Shown here piece after piece: positions 1 to 12,445 of a stretch of DNA of 64,000 bases (the stretch's first letter is position 1; each line of letters opens with the position of its first letter). A model generated the notes under the pieces. The model saw nothing but the letters and a program-made list of their open reading frames with translations, searched no databases and was not told where the DNA came from. The translations under genes were made by a program, and so were the position numbers. The stretch covers positions 496,001 through 560,000 of the forward strand of contig NIVC01000206.1 in the NCBI GenBank assembly GCA_002269645.1. Reading direction: 5' to 3'. This stretch comes from Macrostomum lignano. Lineage: Eukaryota.

Positions 1-2744
1 AGGCAATATCAATCTATATAAAGCATGAATTGGAAAACTCTAGTCTGCCTCTTTCTGACCCTTGGGTTCCTTGAAACTATCTTTATCTTCTCTCTTTCTT
101 TTTCTTATCATTCTTCTCTTTCCTTTTTCCTTTCTTCTTTTCTCACTGCAATTTCTCACTTTTCTTTCCATTTTCATCTCTCATAAAAACCTAAAAATGC
201 AAAAATGGCAAAAAAATACACTACTTTTTTACTAAGTAAATCTTCCATAGTACTCCATAAAGGAATAATAGGAAAGCAAAAAGAGAGGGGAGAGTGATAA
301 TCATTCTTCTCTTTTCTTGCCCCTTTTGCTTTCTCTCCTCTGAACTCCTCTAACTCTTATTTATTTAGAGTAGTATAGAGAATTTAGTAAAAAAATATAC
401 ATATTCCACTATTTTAGCTGTTTTTGCACTTTTAGGTAGGAAGACTTAGATTTAAGAAATTTTTAGTTTGCCTAAAATATTCTCTATAGTGAGTTTAGGG
501 AAAGGTGCAAAATTTTGTATCATTTGGTTGAGTTGTTTAGGAGTCTATGGCAAATAAGTTTGTATATAGATAGATAGATAGATATATACAGAGTTTTCAT
601 TTCTATGGTTTGAGCAAATTAATTATAAACACTAGCCTATGCAAGCAATCACTTAATAATAGGCCTAATAAGGCTAATATAGTAATACTAAGCCTAATAA
701 TAGATTTGAAAGATTGAAATCAAATAATTATCCAGAATACAGAAATTCAAAATTCAAGATTATATAGACCTTATTATTTTTCCTTCTTTTAGTAATAAAA
801 AACTTACTTATATTGTATAATCACAGCAGATGGAGCTCTATTTAGGTCATGTCTATACCTAGGATATTTGAATAAATTCTACAAATATGTGGGTCACATT
901 AATGGTAAAGTCTAAAAGGTAGTAAGTTGATTAACTGAAAATTGATTCAATAAAAACAGAGCAAAAATTTGACTCAGTTTACTCTCATGGCTTAAGAGTC
1001 ATCTCAGTCTAACTTTTAATTTTAAGTTATGTTAAGTTAATACCATCAGTATGACTTTTTCTCTAGGAATTGGCTTCAATATATTATAGTGCCTTAGCCA
1101 ATGTGGGTTGTTATGCTTGTTTTTAGAATTTAGATCTTATTTTTTAATTAATCAAGGTCTTTTCATCAAAATAGTATATTTTTTATTTCAAAAAATCTGT
1201 TTTTTGTTTTTTACCTATTAAACTGCATGCATAACTTTAAAATTTGCTGCTATCAATCAGCTAGTCTAATACTAAAACTGTCATGGACCTAAAAGTTAGT
1301 ATATTTGAATCTAGGGCTGAAAGGTCACCAACTGACTTCTTTATTACTGATTTAAACAGTGTGACCATGGATACAACACTAAATAAAGTTTTTGATCTTT
1401 GTTGGAACAAGCAGTCGAATGTGAATTTCAATTGGACTGCATCTCATGTTGGTAAGTTGTCAAAATATCTTATATAAATATATACTAGTATCAGTAAATC
1501 ATTTTTCAAATGTATTTATTTTCAAGTCAATGCCAAAAAAGAAACCCTTTCTATGGAGAATGGGTTAGAAAGAGTTATTGATATAGCCTAATGCAGTAAG
1601 AAAATCGTCTCCTATGTCAATCCTGACAATTCCACTGGCGCCTGAGCACATACAAGCCTGTATGCAGATATGCACTCGTACACACGCTTACACAGGGTGG
1701 GTGTATAGCAGCCCTTTGACTTTCCAATCGTTCGGCACCTAGGCCTACAAGTTCCTCTGGCAGCATTGCACGCCTCTCCTTGTGTGCCTTCATTTCTTCC
1801 TTCCTCTGTTGGTTAATGTCTCCATTTATAGTTTCTCCTCATGTCTCTTTAGGCTTTATTCACCATCCATCTATTCAAAAGAACTCCAAGGTATTCCTAG
1901 AATACCCTAGCCAAGGATTACATAGGTGGATGGGAAACTACATTTCTTGAAAAATTCTAAAAATGCATGGTGCAGGTCAACTCATTGGTTTTATAAATCT
2001 ATTTTATCATCTCTGTTACACATATTGTTACACAGTAAGCTAAGAATTAGAAAAAAATATACATAAAAACAATGAGTCAAGCCGTGCCATGCATTTTTAT
2101 GTTGTATGTTTTTTGGTACTGGGAATGTATGTAGAATTAAAAAAATAAACATAGAATCAAAATTTTCTGAGCAAAAAGCTTTGTGAATGGACAAGCGTGG
2201 TACCTGCGGTCTAGGCTTACTGGTTTGTCTACTTACACCAAGTTCCTGCTTTTCTCTAATCCTAGTATGTAGTGTTTAAAGAACGGAGTCAGGACACCAA
2301 TGAATTTTTGCAAACACTAATTCCTTTAGAATTTTATAAATTAAAAATGTCGCAATGGAAGCAGATGCTTTCCCAAGAGCCCAACTTTTCTTTACTAGTA
2401 GTGAAGTCCCAAAATTAGCGATTTACCCGCTCTAATTATTTCCCCTAGCTAAAACTACTGTTAGTAGCGTAAAAGCATTTTTAATCCGTGCCTATTCTAC
2501 TCCTAAATTAATGCCCTACTACATGAATATCAATAGAGCTATAAGAAAGGTAAAAGAATGAAAATATGAACACAGGGTCTGCCTCCTATGAAAAGCAATA
2601 ACAATTTTTCTGCTGAAAAGATAAAATCTGCCTCCTGAAATTTTCTAAGAAACGTACTTTCCCGTCCTACTTTAGTAGTCCTTGACCCTAGCAAGCTTGG
2701 AATTGAGTTTTACTTTTCAATTTCAATTGCTCTACTTTGTTCAG

Positions 2745-5700
2745 TGGCCATCTGCCGCGGAGTTCGCCACGAGGACCTGTCGAAAAGTCTCAATCAGCTG
2801 TTGCACCAGGATGCCAAATCCGTGACCGGCAGCAAAACTAGTTTAAGCGTACAATTTGTTGCTAGAAATCGTCACCGTTCTTCGGCCAATTCTCAGCAGC
2901 TGGTTGAGCAGACTCTCCGCTCATTGCACTCCGCCGCTTTGCTGCCTGGCGGTCTGCTGGCTCTGTGCAAAGCCGCCTCGCAACTGGACGCAGCTGATGT
3001 TCCCGGGCTGGGTGAAGATCGCCGGGCACAAGAGATTATCACTGATCACCGTCTGCAGGGCGTCATGTTGAAACGGCCGCGACTATTGCAACAGCTGGTT
3101 AGGCGTCATCCAGTGTTAGCTAGCGCCATAGCAACCGTTGTTAAGCGGGTGCAACAGAATGCGCAGAGTGCTCGACTGCCAACATCGGCTCCGGGTGCCG
3201 CTTCTGCGGTAAGGAACTGTGGTTATGGGGAAGATGTCGGGTTATGGCACAGCCTAGCATATTAGGACAGTGTCACTGTGTCAGTATGGCATAGGCTGCA
3301 GTGTCAGTATGGCATAGGCTGCAGTGTCAGTATGGCATAGGCTAGGCTGCAGTGTCAGTATGGCATAGGCTGCAGTGTCAGTATGGCATAGGCTAGGCTG
3401 CAGTGTCAGTATGGCATAGGCTGCAGTGTCAGTATGGCATAGGCTGCAGTGTCAGTATGGCATAGGCTAGGCTGCAGTGTCAGTATGGCATAGGCTAGGC
3501 TGCAGTGTCAGTATGGCATAGGCTGCAGTGTCAGTATGGCATAGGCTAGGCTGCAGTGTCAGTATGGCATAGGCTAGGCTGCAGTGTCAGTATGCATAGG
3601 CTGCAGTGTCAGAGTATGGCATAGGCTGCAGTGTCAGTATGGCATAGGCTGCAGTGTCAGTATGGCATAGGCTGCAGTGTCAGTATGCATAGGCTGCAGT
3701 GTCAGAGTATGGCATAGGCTGCAGTGTCAGAGTATGGCATAGGCTGCAGTGTCAGTATGGCATAGGCTGCAGTGTCAGTATGGCATAGGCTGCAGTGTCA
3801 GTATGGCATAGGCTGCAGTGTCAGTATGCATAGGCTGCAGTGTCAGAGTATGGCATAGGCTGCAGTGTCAGAGTATGGCATAGGCTGCAGTGTCAGTATG
3901 GCATAGGCTGCAGTGTCAGTATGGCATAGGCTGCAGTGTCAGTATGGCATAGGCTGCAGTGTCAGTATGGCATACGCTGCAGTGTCAGTATGGCATAGGC
4001 TGCAGTGTCAGTATTGCATAGGCTGCAGTGTCAGTATGGCATAGGCTGCAGTGTCAGTATGGCATAGGCTGCAGTGTCAGTATGCATAGGCTGCAGTGTC
4101 AGTATGGCATAGGCTAGGCTGCAGTGTCAGTATGCATAGGCTGCAGTGTCAGTATGGCATAGGCTGCAGTGTCAGTATGGCATAGGCTGCAGTGTCAGTA
4201 TGGCATAGGCTGCAGTGTCAGTATGGCATAGGCTGCAGTGTCAGTATGGCATAGGCTGCAGTGTCAGTATGGCATAGGCTGCAGTGTCAGTATGGCATAG
4301 GCTGCAGTGTCAGTATGGCATAGGCTAGGCTGCAGTGTCAGTATGCATAGGCTGCAGTGTCAGTATGGCATAGGCTAGGCTGCAGTGTCAGTATGCATAG
4401 GCTGCAGTGTCAGTATGGCATAGGCTGCAGTGTCAGTATGGCATAGGCTAGGCTGCAGTGTCAGTATGGCATAGGCTGCAGTGTCAGTATGGCATAGGCT
4501 GCAGTGTCAGTATGGCATAGGCTGCAGTGTCAGTATGGCATAGGCTGCAGTGTCAGTATGGCATAGGCTGCAGTGTCAGTATGCATAGGCTGCAGTGTCA
4601 GTATGGCATAGGCTGCAGTGTCAGTATGGCATAGGCTGCAGTGTCAGTATGGCATAGGCTGCAGTGTCAGTATGGCATAGGCTGCAGTGTCAGTATGGCA
4701 TAGGCTGCAGTGTCAGTATGGCATAGGCTAGGCTGCAGTGTCAGTATGGCATAGGCTAGGCTGCAGTGTCAGTATGGCATAGGCTAGGCTGCAGTGTCAG
4801 TATGGCATAGGCTAGGCTGCAGTGTCAGTATGGCATAGGCTAGGCTGCAGTGTCAGTATGGCATAGGCTGCAGTGTCAGTATGGCATAGGCTGCAGTGTC
4901 AGTATGGCATAGGCTGCAGTGTCAGAGTATGGCATAGGCTGCAGTGTCAGTATGGCATAGGCTGCAGTGTCAGTATGGCATAGGCTAGGCTGCAGTGTCA
5001 GTATGGCATAGGCTAGGCTGCAGTGTCAGTATGGCATAGGCTAGGCTGCAGTGTCAGAGTATGGCATAGGCTGCAGTGTCAGAGTATGGCATAGGCTGCA
5101 GTGTCAGAGTATGGCATAGGCTGCAGTGTCAGTATGGCATAGGCTAGGCTGCAGTGTCAGTATGGCATAGGCTAGGCTGCAGTGTCAGTATGCATAGGCT
5201 GCAGTGTCAGAGTATGGCATAGGCTGCAGTGTCAGAGTATGGCATAGGCTGCAGTGTCAGTATGGCATAGGCTGCAGTGTCAGTATGGCATAGGCTAGGC
5301 TGCAGTGTCAGTATGGCATAGGCTAGGCTGCAGTGTCAGTATGGCATAGGCTAGGCTGCAGTGTCAGTATGGCATAGGCTGCAGTGTCAGTATGGCATAG
5401 GCTGCAGTGTCAGTATGGCATAGGCTGCAGTGTCAGTATGGCATAGGCTAGGCTGCAGTGTCAGTATGGCATAGGCTAGGCTGCAGTGTCAGTATGGCAT
5501 AGGCTAGGCTGCAGTGTCAGAGTATGGCATAGGCTGCAGTGTCAGAGTATGGCATAGGCTGCAGTGTCAGAGTATGGCATAGGCTGCAGTGTCAGTATGG
5601 CATAGGCTAGGCTGCAGTGTCAGTATGGCATAGGCTAGGCTGCAGTGTCAGTATGCATAGGCTGCAGTGTCAGAGTATGGCATAGGCTGCAGTGTCAGTA

Positions 5701-6478
5701 TGCATAGGCTGCAGTGTCAGAGTATGGCATAGGCTGCAGTGTCAGAGTATGGCATAGGCTGCAGTGTCAGTATGGCATAGGCTGCAGTGTCAGTATGGCA
5801 TAGGCTAGGCTGCAGTGTCAGTATGGCATAGGCTAGGCTGCAGTGTCAGTATGGCATAGGCTAGGCTGCAGTGTCAGAGTATGGCATAGGCTGCAGTGTC
5901 AGAGTATGGCATAGGCTGCAGTGTCAGAGTATGGCATAGGCTGCAGTGTCAGTATGATACAGGTAACAGTTAACGCAACCAAGTAAATGGTTAAAATACT
6001 TACGTTTATTTTTCCTGGTTATCTCTGTTTATCTATAGCACTGAACATCAATTATAAGCTTGCCCTTGCGTAACGCCCCCCCCCCCAGGTCGCTGGCAAC
6101 ATGCCCCCTGGCGCCAATTACAACGTAGACTTCGAGTCCGTTCTAGACGAAGACGAGGACAACGATGGCGAAGGTGAGGACGGCGCCGCCGCAGCCGCCA
6201 TGCCGACACCATCGCCGATGCAACGCGGATCGCGCTCGCGTCCGACCTCTTCGTCAGCTTCCGGCGGAGCTTCGGGCGGTAGCGCCGGCCAAGTGTCGTC
6301 GGATTTCCTGCGCCAAGCGATGGCGCAAGCGTTCACTCTGATTCCAGCTAGGCAGAGGTTTGCTAACCAATTGCGAGCGCTGAGAGAGATGGGCATCACC
6401 GATGAGGAGGCGGCCCTACGAGTTCTCGAGCAGAATAATGGCGACCTGGAGCTCACTATTGATCACATGTTTAATTGA
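2745..6478 (+). CDS. UBL7: Ubiquitin-like protein 7 (UBL...UBA), last two coding exons; first exon not located (probably upstream of the window)
   Basis: Exon 2745-3208 (ttcAG acceptor, phase 1; GCG|gtaagg donor) and exon 6089-6478 (cccAG acceptor, phase 0, stop at 6478) splice in frame. PGLGEDRRAQEII...LQQLVRRHPVLASAIATVV resembles human UBL7 PGLSSDPIALGVL...LDTLVPAHPALVNAIVLVL. C-terminal QLRALREMGITDEEAALRVLEQNNGDLELTIDHMF is a UBA domain like UBL7 QLQQLRDMGIQDDELSLRALQATGGDIQAALELIF. Confidence 0.85.
3278..5956. repeat. Intronic minisatellite, 23-bp unit GTGTCAGTATGGCATAGGCTGCA with 22/25/27-bp variants, about 110 copies
   Basis: Directly visible tandem array filling the last UBL7 intron. 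Confidence 0.98.
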
Positions 6479-7348
6479 ACTTACGGACATTCTGTTCGTG
6501 TCGCGCTACTGTTAGTAATAAATATAAGTTGAACAATTTCTCTGAAATATTCACGGCTATTTGTTTCTATAAGCTGAAATTTCAGGCTCTCAAAGCGGCG
6601 GATGCAGATTAGCTCTTAGGCTTTCCGACTTGGATTGAGTAAATTCAATTGCGTTTCTACCCGTTTTTGCTTTTTTGCTTCTTTCTTCCTTCTTTCGTGT
6701 TCTTTGCTTTAAGTCAATGCGGCGTATATTATTGCCTTTTTCTGTTCAAAGCATGAGTTGAATAAAAATACGATTTCAACGTAATTGCTGCTGCAAAATA
6801 GCAAAATGATTCGCAAAGTTGTCTCTCTGATCTTTTATTTTATTGCTGCAGCAAATTTCGTCTTTAGTTTGTGTGTTCCATAAACAACATTAGATATATC
6901 CACAGAATATACACTGAATGGCGAATCGGCAGTTCTCTATGAAAGCGAAGTAAAATGCGCTCGCACTACTTATGTTGTGAAGGTTATAAGTAGCTGCGAA
7001 ATTTTCAAAGCAAATTTGAATGTAAAAGTCGAGCTTAAGAAAATTTTTAAAAGGTTTGAGTGGTTACTTTGACACTGCTGATGAATGCTGTGCTATGCTT
7101 ATAATTAATTTTGTGCATAACTTTGCTTGCACAAAGTCATGAGCAGTAGCAGCAATTGTTATTGCCTCATTGCAATGTACTTGTGAGTTAAAAAAAGCAG
7201 AAATAACTAGCAGATAACAAAACAGCAAAAAAGCACGCTAGTAGCAAAGCAGCTTGTTAGTAAGAAAAGTAACTAGCGGTTAAATTTTAATTCTGGCAAT
7301 CAGGCAATGCAAGACGCAAAAGCAGTTGCAAATCTCATGCAATCAAGC

Positions 7349-8431
7349 TCATCCTCCTAAACTTCCGCGATTGCTCACTGCAAAATGCTCGCCCACGCTT
7401 TCTCTCCTGCGCCACAATCCATCTAAGCCATTCCATGCCATGCCATCTAAGCTAACTGTGCAAGCCTTCTCAGCAGGAGTCATCGATTCAGTAGCAGAGG
7501 TGATGTTAGCCTCAATTGTTGGGCAGATGCCTGAACTTCTCATGCTCTGTCCTAAGCTTCGCCGAATTGTCGATCTGCAGGGGAGCGGAATTCCCATGTC
7601 GCCGAGGAATCTGTGACATCTGGGACTGAAGTGCAGCAGTCCAGTTACAATGCGCAGACTCGCTAAAGACCAAATCGGCCTACGCTTGCTGAAGTTGGCG
7701 GTGATGTCTTCAGCAGGTAGTTCCGAGAGCGAAGGAGAGCGAAACGAAGCCAATTTTGAGCAGTTGCATTGATGTCCCCATCTTTTCAGCTGAGCTGCCT
7801 CTGCTTTCAACGTGATGAAGCGAGCCTCGAGTAATTTCAGCTTTCGCTGCAGGTTAGCACTCTTTCTTTGTTCCGCTTTCAACTTCCTTATCACAGCATC
7901 TGGTGACGTAGACTTGCGGCCGCGTCCTGCGGTAGCGGAGATGCTCAAGGAGGTGTCCTCCAGTATCTGAGTGCCACTTCTAGCCTGCACCCTTTTAACG
8001 CGAGGCCGCTCCAATTGTGTCCTACTTCGGGGTGGGCGTCGTAGGCTCGGCTGCTGAGTCTCTTTGTACAAGTTCATGGTTGAGTGCGCAGTCCATATTA
8101 ACCGCGCGGTAGATTCATGATGCTGACTGGGGCACATGTACATATTATCGGCAAAGTGCTGGCTGCAGACGCACGCATTCTTCCACTTTGCCTCGTTTTT
8201 CCTGCCCAGGAGGTCAGCTCTGAAGATGCGCTTAGCCCAATCTTCGCATCTGAAGCGAAAAGGGGCTTGACAACGTAAAAACGCTCTCATCATTTCAAAA
8301 AATTAGCCAGCTGCCACTCACCTCTCTCTGGCTGCTGGAAAGCGGTGGAATCTAGTGCCCGGCGGACACTTTCCGGCGTAGTTGGGGCATCCGTAAGCAG
8401 CGCACTGAAGCCTCGAAGCAGACGCAGTCAT
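7349..8431 (-). mobile_element. THAP-domain P-element/THAP9-like transposase, spliced, truncated after the first catalytic Asp (336 aa)
   Basis: Exon 1 8431-8322 MTASASRLQCAAYGCPNYAGKCPPGTRFHRFPAARER, 72-nt intron 8321-8250 (GTGAGT...TTCAG, phase 2), exon 2 8249-7349 (W...VCSQHF...RL) together give a complete C2CH THAP domain. A coiled coil follows, then SPRCHRFL...LPCRSTIRR...CTVSLDGM, resembling the P-transposase SPxxYxxL...LPSxxTLxxW...CxLxFDEM segment, then a stop at 7349. Confidence 0.8.
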
Positions 8432-8923
8432 ACAAAAACAGTATCACAATAAGCCGCGTATTAAAACTCTAGCAGATATGCCTTCGGTATTAGCACTTTT
8501 GAAGCCAAACCTAGCTTCATCAGCACCAGCTTGGGCCATAGATAATGCAATACAGCAAAGACAGGCTAGCGCGATCAATAATGCATTTGACCTGCATGCT
8601 TTCACGCCACGAGCTCGTGCTAGAAAGCCCAAGGCATGCTGTCTATGGCACTAACTTAGAGCGCAGAGGCAGCAGAAGGCAGGGCCAGCCTAAAGGTAGG
8701 TTCTAAAAATAGCACAGTTTAGAAGGGGGGTGGGTTGGTTCTATCAAGCCTTGCTATATTCTGTGGACAAACCCGCAATAAATGGCAAAGGATTATTAAA
8801 GTGCCATTCAGCCTACTTAGTTTTTCTTCACAACAAGAGTAGCCAGTATAGAATATCATTCTTGTACAAGAAATTTTCTCAAAATGTGGGATTCGCCATT
8901 CTGTGTATATTCTGTGGATATAT

Positions 8924-9158
8924 CCCCTAGTTGCACTGGTGCAGAAGTCTGTGGTTTAATTGTTTATTTCATTTACTGACTGCAAATAAATGGCCACCGA
9001 TGGATACATCAAATATTCCCCATTTATACAAGTGTCTATGGCAAACATATTTTTGCCTCGGTCAATAAACTTGTCACTCAAGCATTTATTGTGCAAACAG
9101 TGCAAATAAATGAAATAAACAATTAAACCATAGACTGCTGCACCAGTGCAACTGGGGG
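8924..9158. mobile_element. MITE, about 235 bp, about 60-bp imperfect terminal inverted repeats
   Basis: Left CCCCTAGTTGCACTGGTGCAGAAGTCTGTGGTTTAATTGTTTATTTCATTTA is the reverse complement of right TAAATGAAATAAACAATTAAACCATAGACTGCTGCACCAGTGCAACTGGGGG; ATAT flanks both ends. Confidence 0.8.
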
Positions 9159-9398
9159 ATATATGATTGATCTTATTTCCCGCTGCCCCGAAAGAAATAA
9201 ATTTGCACTCGGCTTTGTACCATAGACTAAAAACTTAATTTTTCATTTTAAAGATTTTAAAGTAAACAAGAAAGTTCAACAAGTTCAAAATTCAGTTAAA
9301 GTTCAACACCACTGCCGTGCAAATTGATCTCGCCTTGGAATTCCAAATCGCGTAGCTCACTGCCACCTCGCAGACCGAAGTGATTTTTAAGTAGAAGA

Positions 9399-9484
9399 TA
9401 ATGCATGGTTTTTAGGGTTGTATTTCTTTAAATCCCCGAGAGCCGAGAGCCAAAGTTAATACAACCCGTAAAAACCATGCATTA
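9399..9484. repeat. Short foldback (about 26-bp arms)
   Basis: TAATGCATGGTTTTTAGGGTTGTATT ... AATACAACCCGTAAAAACCATGCATTA. Confidence 0.7.
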
Positions 9485-10774
9485 CCTCAATTAAATCCCT
9501 GCTTTCAAACTCCGGGATGTATTTAGATACAATTCGCAAAACAGTTTGAACCATAGTGCAAAGAGAGTTAAGGGGACGCAGCCCCCTGCGGGGGTGTGGG
9601 GGCGGAGCCCCCACATGTAGTATAGTGAATTTATAAGATATTCTATGGGTTTGAGGTCAGTATTTTACTTAAATCCCTAGAGCCGAAGGCTTTCGAGATA
9701 TTAATGACATAAAATTTGAATTAAAACATTTAAACTCAAAATTCTAACATTTAAACTACTTTAATTTTGCGGGATGTATTCAGATAAATCCCGGAGCCAT
9801 ACTTGTATGTCTATGGTTGAAGTTGGGGATGGGGATATGGGGGCGAAGCTATATGTCTTACCATAGACAAAATTTCATTAAGAAATTTCTCGAGTCACGA
9901 AAGAAGAGAAGAGAGAAGCTCGCTTATTTAGATACATACAAAAATCCTTGCAATATGTCCGGGAAAGTGATCGATTAAATCCCGCAAAATAAAATCTATG
10001 TCAATAACCTCCCTCAAAGTGTTAAGAATGGTTTTGTTATATTATTACTCTCGCTAAATTTGTAAATGGGGCTGGCTGTGGAGCTTTAAAGTGGTTTAAA
10101 TCACTTTATTAAACGCTATGGTCCGCTTTCATCTCGGAAAGTCAACTAGAAAGGATATAAAGCGAAACATGAGAGAAGCTGCGATTTTTAGTTTTGTGAG
10201 CAAGCCGAGCGGGTGAACTTGCGGGTTTCGCGAAAATTACATCCCCGAAAAGAAAAGAGTAGCCCACTGTGGCGTCTATGGCTTTTTTATGACCCTGAAA
10301 GTTCGAAAGCAGGGATTTAATAGTCCATAATCCATAGAAATAAAGATTTTCCGTGACAATATTTGCGTTCTCTGGGATTTTATTTGGTAACATTCAATAA
10401 TATCCCGTAAAGTCTTTATGTCTATGGTTTATACGAGATTACACATGCCTTTTTCGGGAGTTATTTTCATAAATCCCTCAAAACGCGTGTTTAATCCACA
10501 GATTCTATAAACACTGGTTTAATCTGATACTTAGAATCGGCGTCTCTCAGTTGCATAAGTGTCGCGGCTTGCAGTTGTACCATAGAAAGATTCCAGCGGT
10601 TCTCCTACCTCGGCGGTCTGGTGCTCCACGTGGAGGATTCTATTCTATGGTAAATTTATATCGCAGAAGTCCTTGCAGCAATATAGTTTTATTTCGTTGT
10701 ATAGTAATATCTTTCTTGATTTTCACTCTGTTCGTACCATAGACTAAAAACTTAATTTGGATTTCCTTTTTTTA

Positions 10775-11195
10775 GCTTCTGACTTGGCTAATGCATAGCT
10801 TTTATTGCTAAGTTAGAAAACGGAAATCCAAAGTGGAGACAGGTTGGGCCATAGAAAACATACACAGCCTGACTGAGAAACTTGACTGAGAGACAAGGCT
10901 CAATTAAATCTAGAATCGGACGTCCAAACTTGCTATATATAGCCAGAGTTTTGTCAAAGACAAAGCACAGCCTGTATAATTCAAGAAGGCGACTGCGCGG
11001 ACACGTAAACCGTCAGCTAATTGTATCAGCAGACAGTGGAAAGTGACAGTTCAGAGTCCCATTCTAGATTTAACTGCTTGTCTTTCAGTAAATTTCTAAG
11101 TCAGGATTTTTGTTGACTATGGCCCAACCTGTCTCAACCTTGGATTTCCGTTTTCTAACTTGGTAATAAAAGCTATGCATTAGCTTTTCAGAAGC
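10775..11195. mobile_element. MITE/foldback element, about 420 bp, about 150-bp imperfect terminal inverted repeats
   Basis: GCTAATGCATAGCTTTTATTGCTAAGTTAGAAAACGGAAATCCAAAGTGGAGACAGGTTGGGCCATAG at the left is mirrored by CTATGGCCCAACCTGTCTCAACCTTGGATTTCCGTTTTCTAACTTGGTAATAAAAGCTATGCATTAGC at the right. Confidence 0.85.
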
Positions 11196-12445
11196 GGACA
11201 GAAGCGGACTCAATAAAAATTGACAGTGAGAGCAGTGGTCACTTTGATCCTATGGCACTTTGACACCGAAAAGATTAATGAACTCAGTATGCGTAATATG
11301 CATAAATACTCATCGAGATCATCAGCGCATTGAACTGAATTCTCGTCACACGTTTGGGTTAGATTTGGCAGCATTAGTTTTTGCTGAGATGATACAGGCG
11401 CCGTTCTCATATCTTTTGCTCGAAGGAAACGAATAGACGTCATCTTCGAAGTTGCCTGAGCACACCTTTAGGTCTCTTAAGCGAACGGACTCTAGAGTCA
11501 CTAGCCCAGATTGTGCAGCCAGTTCGTTGCAGTCACGTCACTCAGAAGAAATTTGGCAATTGCACTCGATGGTGTTCAATGGGTTACGCCTCAGGACCAC
11601 CTGAATACGTCATAAGTAGCACGTCTTGGAAAGCGTGACTCATGGTTGAATTTCTGCTGCAGATGAAGGCGAGTCGGCTGTTGGGTGACGGAATTGTCGG
11701 CTGATTTTCCATGCAGGAATGGCATTCTTGCACTCTTGCGTGCAGGAATGAATGTCTATGGTAAAATCTCACTGAAAAAGCATTAGGCGCAGAAATGCAT
11801 TCCTGCACGGTTTTGTGCATTCCTGCACGATGAATAATCCGACAATGGGATTCCTTCACGTTCAATCGTGCGTGAAGGACATTGTGAACTCGTGACCGTG
11901 CAGGAATCATTCATTGTTCCGTGTGTGTAATCAAGCGAAGAAGTGACCACTTTTCATATTGAGTTGACACCAATTTTTTAGGATCTGTGGTGTGCGCTAT
12001 TATTTTTAGCACTGCACTGTCAACAGAGTAGAGAGCTAAGTTATCCAACGGTATTGCGTACGAGTATGAGACAACAGCCAATGATATGTTGGTCTTGAAC
12101 CACCTTGAATTGCAGCTGTGCGCACTCCTTAATCGGGTTAGCTCACGATTTATATAGCTGATCCCAAGGCTAAACAAATTGAGGATTATCTTAAAGGTTG
12201 AGTGAGATCCACTGGCGCTAAAGTCATTGACTAAGAAAGGAAGTTCATTTCTGCACTCAATTCAAGCGAGATATGCACACGCACCTAATTTTTACCAGCT
12301 GTTACCAGTACCTTTTATAATGCTAGCACATCAATTGTGTATTTTTACTAATGCAACAACTATAACTATTCTGAATCAATGCTTTCCTGTTAGTTGAACA
12401 TGTTTCTCTAATTTTCTACAAGGCACGAGTTGTTACTATAGTCAT

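Noticed and set aside
6879-8647. Possible P-element termini CATAAACAACAT / ATGCTGTCTATG around the THAP gene
   Set aside because: Only about 10 of 13 bases match and there is no target-site duplication, so the boundaries are not supportable.
11471-11492. GGTCTCTTAAGCGAACGGACTC resembles part of the Macrostomum spliced leader as I recall it
   Set aside because: It is a gapped short match lacking the 3' leader end, donor GT and Sm site, and my recall of the leader is unverified. Probably chance.
10142-12177. Short ORFs (63-108 aa) between the MITE nest and glycosyltransferase copy 1
   Set aside because: No recognisable domain or consistent splice signals; several overlap inverted-repeat elements.
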